The notes under the pieces: model-generated
The model's input: only the letters and a program-made list of their open reading frames with translations
Databases searched by the model: none
Told to the model about the DNA's origin: nothing
Source of the DNA: a virus
DNA: 6,183 nt
Strand: one strand, 5' to 3'
Virus record (IMG/VR): IMGVR_UViG_3300020030_000143
Coordinates: 1 to 6,183 of that record
Shown here: one piece after another, positions 4,067 through 6,183 of the stretch
Layout: each line of letters starts with the position of its first letter
How positions within the stretch are numbered: position 1 is the stretch's first letter
Position numbers and translations under genes: made by a program

Positions 4067-5872
4067 TTAACGATTAGATAAACGGGTTGCGAAAGTTTTG
4101 TTAATAAGACACTTCTTCTGTACCGCGTAGGACAGATTTACAAAGAAATTATCCTCTACTTTGGAAGCAAAGGGCGAGTTAACCTGAGCCATATCAGTAA
4201 AAAGCACCGGATAGTAATGAGATTCAGGCAGGCTGCCAGAGCCATCGGAAAGTTTAGCCGAGCGCTGCTGAACCCAATAAGCGTAAAGAGGAATGTAGGC
4301 AGCACCATTAAGCTCTGGCAAAGGATAAGCTTGGAGCTGTCCGAGAACCTCATCGTAAGACGCCCGAAACTCGTTAAAACACGGTTCGGAAGCAGATGTA
4401 GCACCTGCATTCCCATTAAAAACGATTCGAGCCGAAGAAACATCCTGATAGCCAATGTCGTTGTAAATAGGGTTGAAATAATCAGGGCCTAAATAGTTGA
4501 GATAATCCGGCTTAACAAAACTCCAGTAATAAACAGGTCGAATGCTCAACATATCAATCATGTAGCCAGGCTCACGGAAATAATAAGACTGGCGACGGCC
4601 AAGGCGCTCGTTAAAGGCAATAGCACCACCCTGCTGACCAAGAGGGCCGTTAACGCCTTCTCCGGTAAAATTATTTTGTCCCGCCTGATTCATGACAACC
4701 TGCACATTGACAGTTTGCGAAGCGCTAAACAAGAGCTTAGGCCGATCGACATGTTCAATCTTCGATGCGAAAAAAGTTTCCAGCCAGTCGCTGTATCGAC
4801 TACCTCCGGCGCCGAGAAGGTCTTTGTATTCCTGAAGGCGAGAGGCAATGGCCAACTGAGGAATAGTGCTAACGCCAGACATCGAAACAGCAGAGGTAGA
4901 ACCCGTAGGAATGAGACGACTAAACCGGTCAGGATTCGAAGGAACAACCGCCATAGGATGAGCGACCAAAAAATAGGCCAAGGCGGAATTAGCGGTAGTG
5001 ACAGTGTCCGCAAGAATCTGGGATTTAATACCGGTAGACCCGAGCAAGTTGGTACTCGGATAAGTGGTACGAACGGGATAGCCATCTCCAGTGCTACCCA
5101 TACTATCTAAATCCGAGCAAATAATCTGATAGAAAAGATTGCCACGGTTAAACGTATTATTGGTAGAAGAAACGGCCGAGGGATAAAATTGACTCTCATA
5201 GAACGCATCCAAAAATTCAAGGTTTCCGAAACATTGCGTAAAAAACCTCGAATTAGTCGGGTTGTTAGGGTCAAGAGCGAACGAAGAACTAGCATAAAGA
5301 AGTCTATTCGCCATAGGCCACGCAAAAGAGTAAAGACCCCATTGCGAAAAACCATAATAGTTTCGAACTATATCCCAATAAGCCAAATAAGTGTCGGCGT
5401 TAGACCACTGTGTAATCGAAGCATTCGACGGAAGCGATACGGAAGTCAAAGGAACTCCGCCAATATTACTTTTATTTCCGATACGAAGCCAAGAAAAAAG
5501 GGAGTTTACATACGATGCACCAAAACGGTTAGAGTTGAGTGCGCCGGTAGAGGTCATCGTGCAACAAACCCAATTGGTGCTTAGATTATTCATGTCAAAT
5601 TTGCTACTATTCGTACGAAGTTCGGGGTGATACAACTGGAGCGGCACCCAAAAACGATGCAAACGAATGGTATAGGGATTGAACGTCGGAACAGCGAGAG
5701 GATTGCTACGAACGTCAATGCCCTGCTCGATAGAGACACGGTCTCGAGCGTTAATAAAATCGATTCGCACCGGATACAAAATACCCGGCGTACACGTAAA
5801 GGCCTTACTCTCAGGGACATCGTAGCGAGAGTAGCCATTAACGGCGTGTGAAATAAAAGGTTGCTTTCCCAT
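4067..5872 (-). CDS. VP1: Major capsid protein VP1 (Microviridae F-protein family), 601 aa
   Basis: This is the longest ORF, with ATG at 5870..5872 (3 nt after the Rep stop) and TAA at 4067..4069. The N-terminal region FTCTPGILYPVRIDFINARDRVSIEQGIDVRSNPLAVPTFNPYTIRLHRFWVPLQLY follows the conserved VP1 pattern: (G/g)xLxPvxxxEvlPGD-like, then ..R..P...P...., then an aromatic-rich ..FFVP.RL.. block. Size and context also fit. Confidence 0.95.
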   Translation of the reverse strand: MGKQPFISHAVNGYSRYDVPESKAFTCTPGILYPVRIDFINARDRVSIEQGIDVRSNPLAVPTFNPYTIRLHRFWVPLQLYHPELRTNSSKFDMNNLSTNWVCCTMTSTGALNSNRFGASYVNSLFSWLRIGNKSNIGGVPLTSVSLPSNASITQWSNADTYLAYWDIVRNYYGFSQWGLYSFAWPMANRLLYASSSFALDPNNPTNSRFFTQCFGNLEFLDAFYESQFYPSAVSSTNNTFNRGNLFYQIICSDLDSMGSTGDGYPVRTTYPSTNLLGSTGIKSQILADTVTTANSALAYFLVAHPMAVVPSNPDRFSRLIPTGSTSAVSMSGVSTIPQLAIASRLQEYKDLLGAGGSRYSDWLETFFASKIEHVDRPKLLFSASQTVNVQVVMNQAGQNNFTGEGVNGPLGQQGGAIAFNERLGRRQSYYFREPGYMIDMLSIRPVYYWSFVKPDYLNYLGPDYFNPIYNDIGYQDVSSARIVFNGNAGATSASEPCFNEFRASYDEVLGQLQAYPLPELNGAAYIPLYAYWVQQRSAKLSDGSGSLPESHYYPVLFTDMAQVNSPFASKVEDNFFVNLSYAVQKKCLINKTFATRLSNR

Positions 5873-5875
5873 AAA

Positions 5876-6183
5876 TTAAATAATTAGTTGGAGTTTATAA
5901 TGGTCCTGCCAAAATCGAATAACGTCTAAATCGAGCCAGGTAGGGGGTTCAAAATCGGGCATCTTCCGAGAAGAAGCAGAAAAGCGCATCATCTGCTTCT
6001 GCTCCCACGTGTACGCATCTCTACGGGATACGGAGGAATTGAGGTTGAACCGCTCAACACACAGAGACACAATACGCTTAACCAGAGAAGACTTGCTAAA
6101 ACGTGCATAAGCATCAGCAGCGGTAATCGAGCGAATAACTTCGTCTTCCGGTTTAAGGTATTTAAGATAATATCGAGGAATCG
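5876..6183 (-). CDS. VP4: C-terminal part of the same Rep (VP4) ORF, with stop TAA at 5876..5878. Positions 6063..6183 duplicate 1..121.
   Basis: The frame is open from the window end down to 5876. The track entry 5876..6070 starts at an internal GTG only because the tracker needs a start codon. The sequence is contiguous with the 1..884 frame through the 6062-nt circle (split codon CT|G). The stop lies 3 nt before the VP1 ATG. Confidence 0.9.
   Translation of the reverse strand, partial: IPRYYLKYLKPEDEVIRSITAADAYARFSKSSLVKRIVSLCVERFNLNSSVSRRDAYTWEQKQMMRFSASSRKMPDFEPPTWLDLDVIRFWQDHYKLQLII
6063..6183. repeat. Terminal redundancy (right copy) of 1..121
   Basis: Exact 121-nt identity with the window start, at an offset of 6062 nt. 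Confidence 0.97.

Noticed and set aside
4156-5838. Hydrophobic same-strand ORFs in other frames inside VP1: 4156..4455, 4690..5085, 5107..5355 and 5590..5838. I considered them as embedded phiX174 E-like lysis genes.
   Set aside because: This many alternative-frame ORFs of 80-130 codons is expected by chance. Their Leu/Phe/Arg-rich composition is what frame-shifted T-rich coding sequence produces, and none has a notable start context or junction. Only a synonymous-constraint analysis could revive them.
1-6183. A search for CRISPR arrays, tandem repeats, IS/transposon ends, integrase or other recombinase genes, and hammerhead cores (CUGANGA...GAAA).
   Set aside because: I found none by eye. 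The only long repeat is the 121-nt assembly overlap. The single CTGATGC, on the coding strand within 40..60, is inside Rep and does not fit the hammerhead core.

Overview
The window is one complete circular ssDNA phage genome of the family Microviridae, with a VP1/VP2/VP4 gene set unlike the phiX174 group. It is presented as the reverse complement of the coding strand. Positions 1..121 are identical to 6063..6183, so the real unit is 6062 nt and the window is a circular assembly with a terminal overlap. All credible genes lie on the minus strand. They are the major capsid protein VP1 (4067..5872), the DNA-pilot/minor capsid protein VP2 (2067..3335) and the rolling-circle Rep VP4. Rep runs from 884 down to 1 and continues from 6062 down to 5876, giving 356 aa. 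It is absent from the ORF track because it crosses the linearisation point. Five small ORFs (68, 98, 63, 106 and 107 aa) share the T-rich third-codon-position bias of VP1. Genes are packed with 1-12 nt spacers or overlapping stop/start codons, apart from three gaps. Two gaps are about 230-240 nt long, GC-rich and hairpin-dense (1091..1329 and 3529..3757), and the third is 81 nt (1986..2066). The most interesting items are as follows. (i) The two structured non-coding regions share a sequence/structure module, and each opens in the coding direction with a terminator-like hairpin plus T-run. (ii) A 63-aa ORF with a textbook lipoprotein signal peptide (lipobox LASC) sits directly upstream of VP2. 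(iii) A basic/acidic pair of unrecognisable accessory ORFs follows VP2. (iv) A Bacteroides-type promoter match in the 81-nt gap, together with the absence of Shine-Dalgarno sequences, hints at a Bacteroidota host. Everything here is read by eye from the sequence. No database search, folding program or HMM was run, and all functional calls beyond VP1/VP2/Rep are hypotheses.
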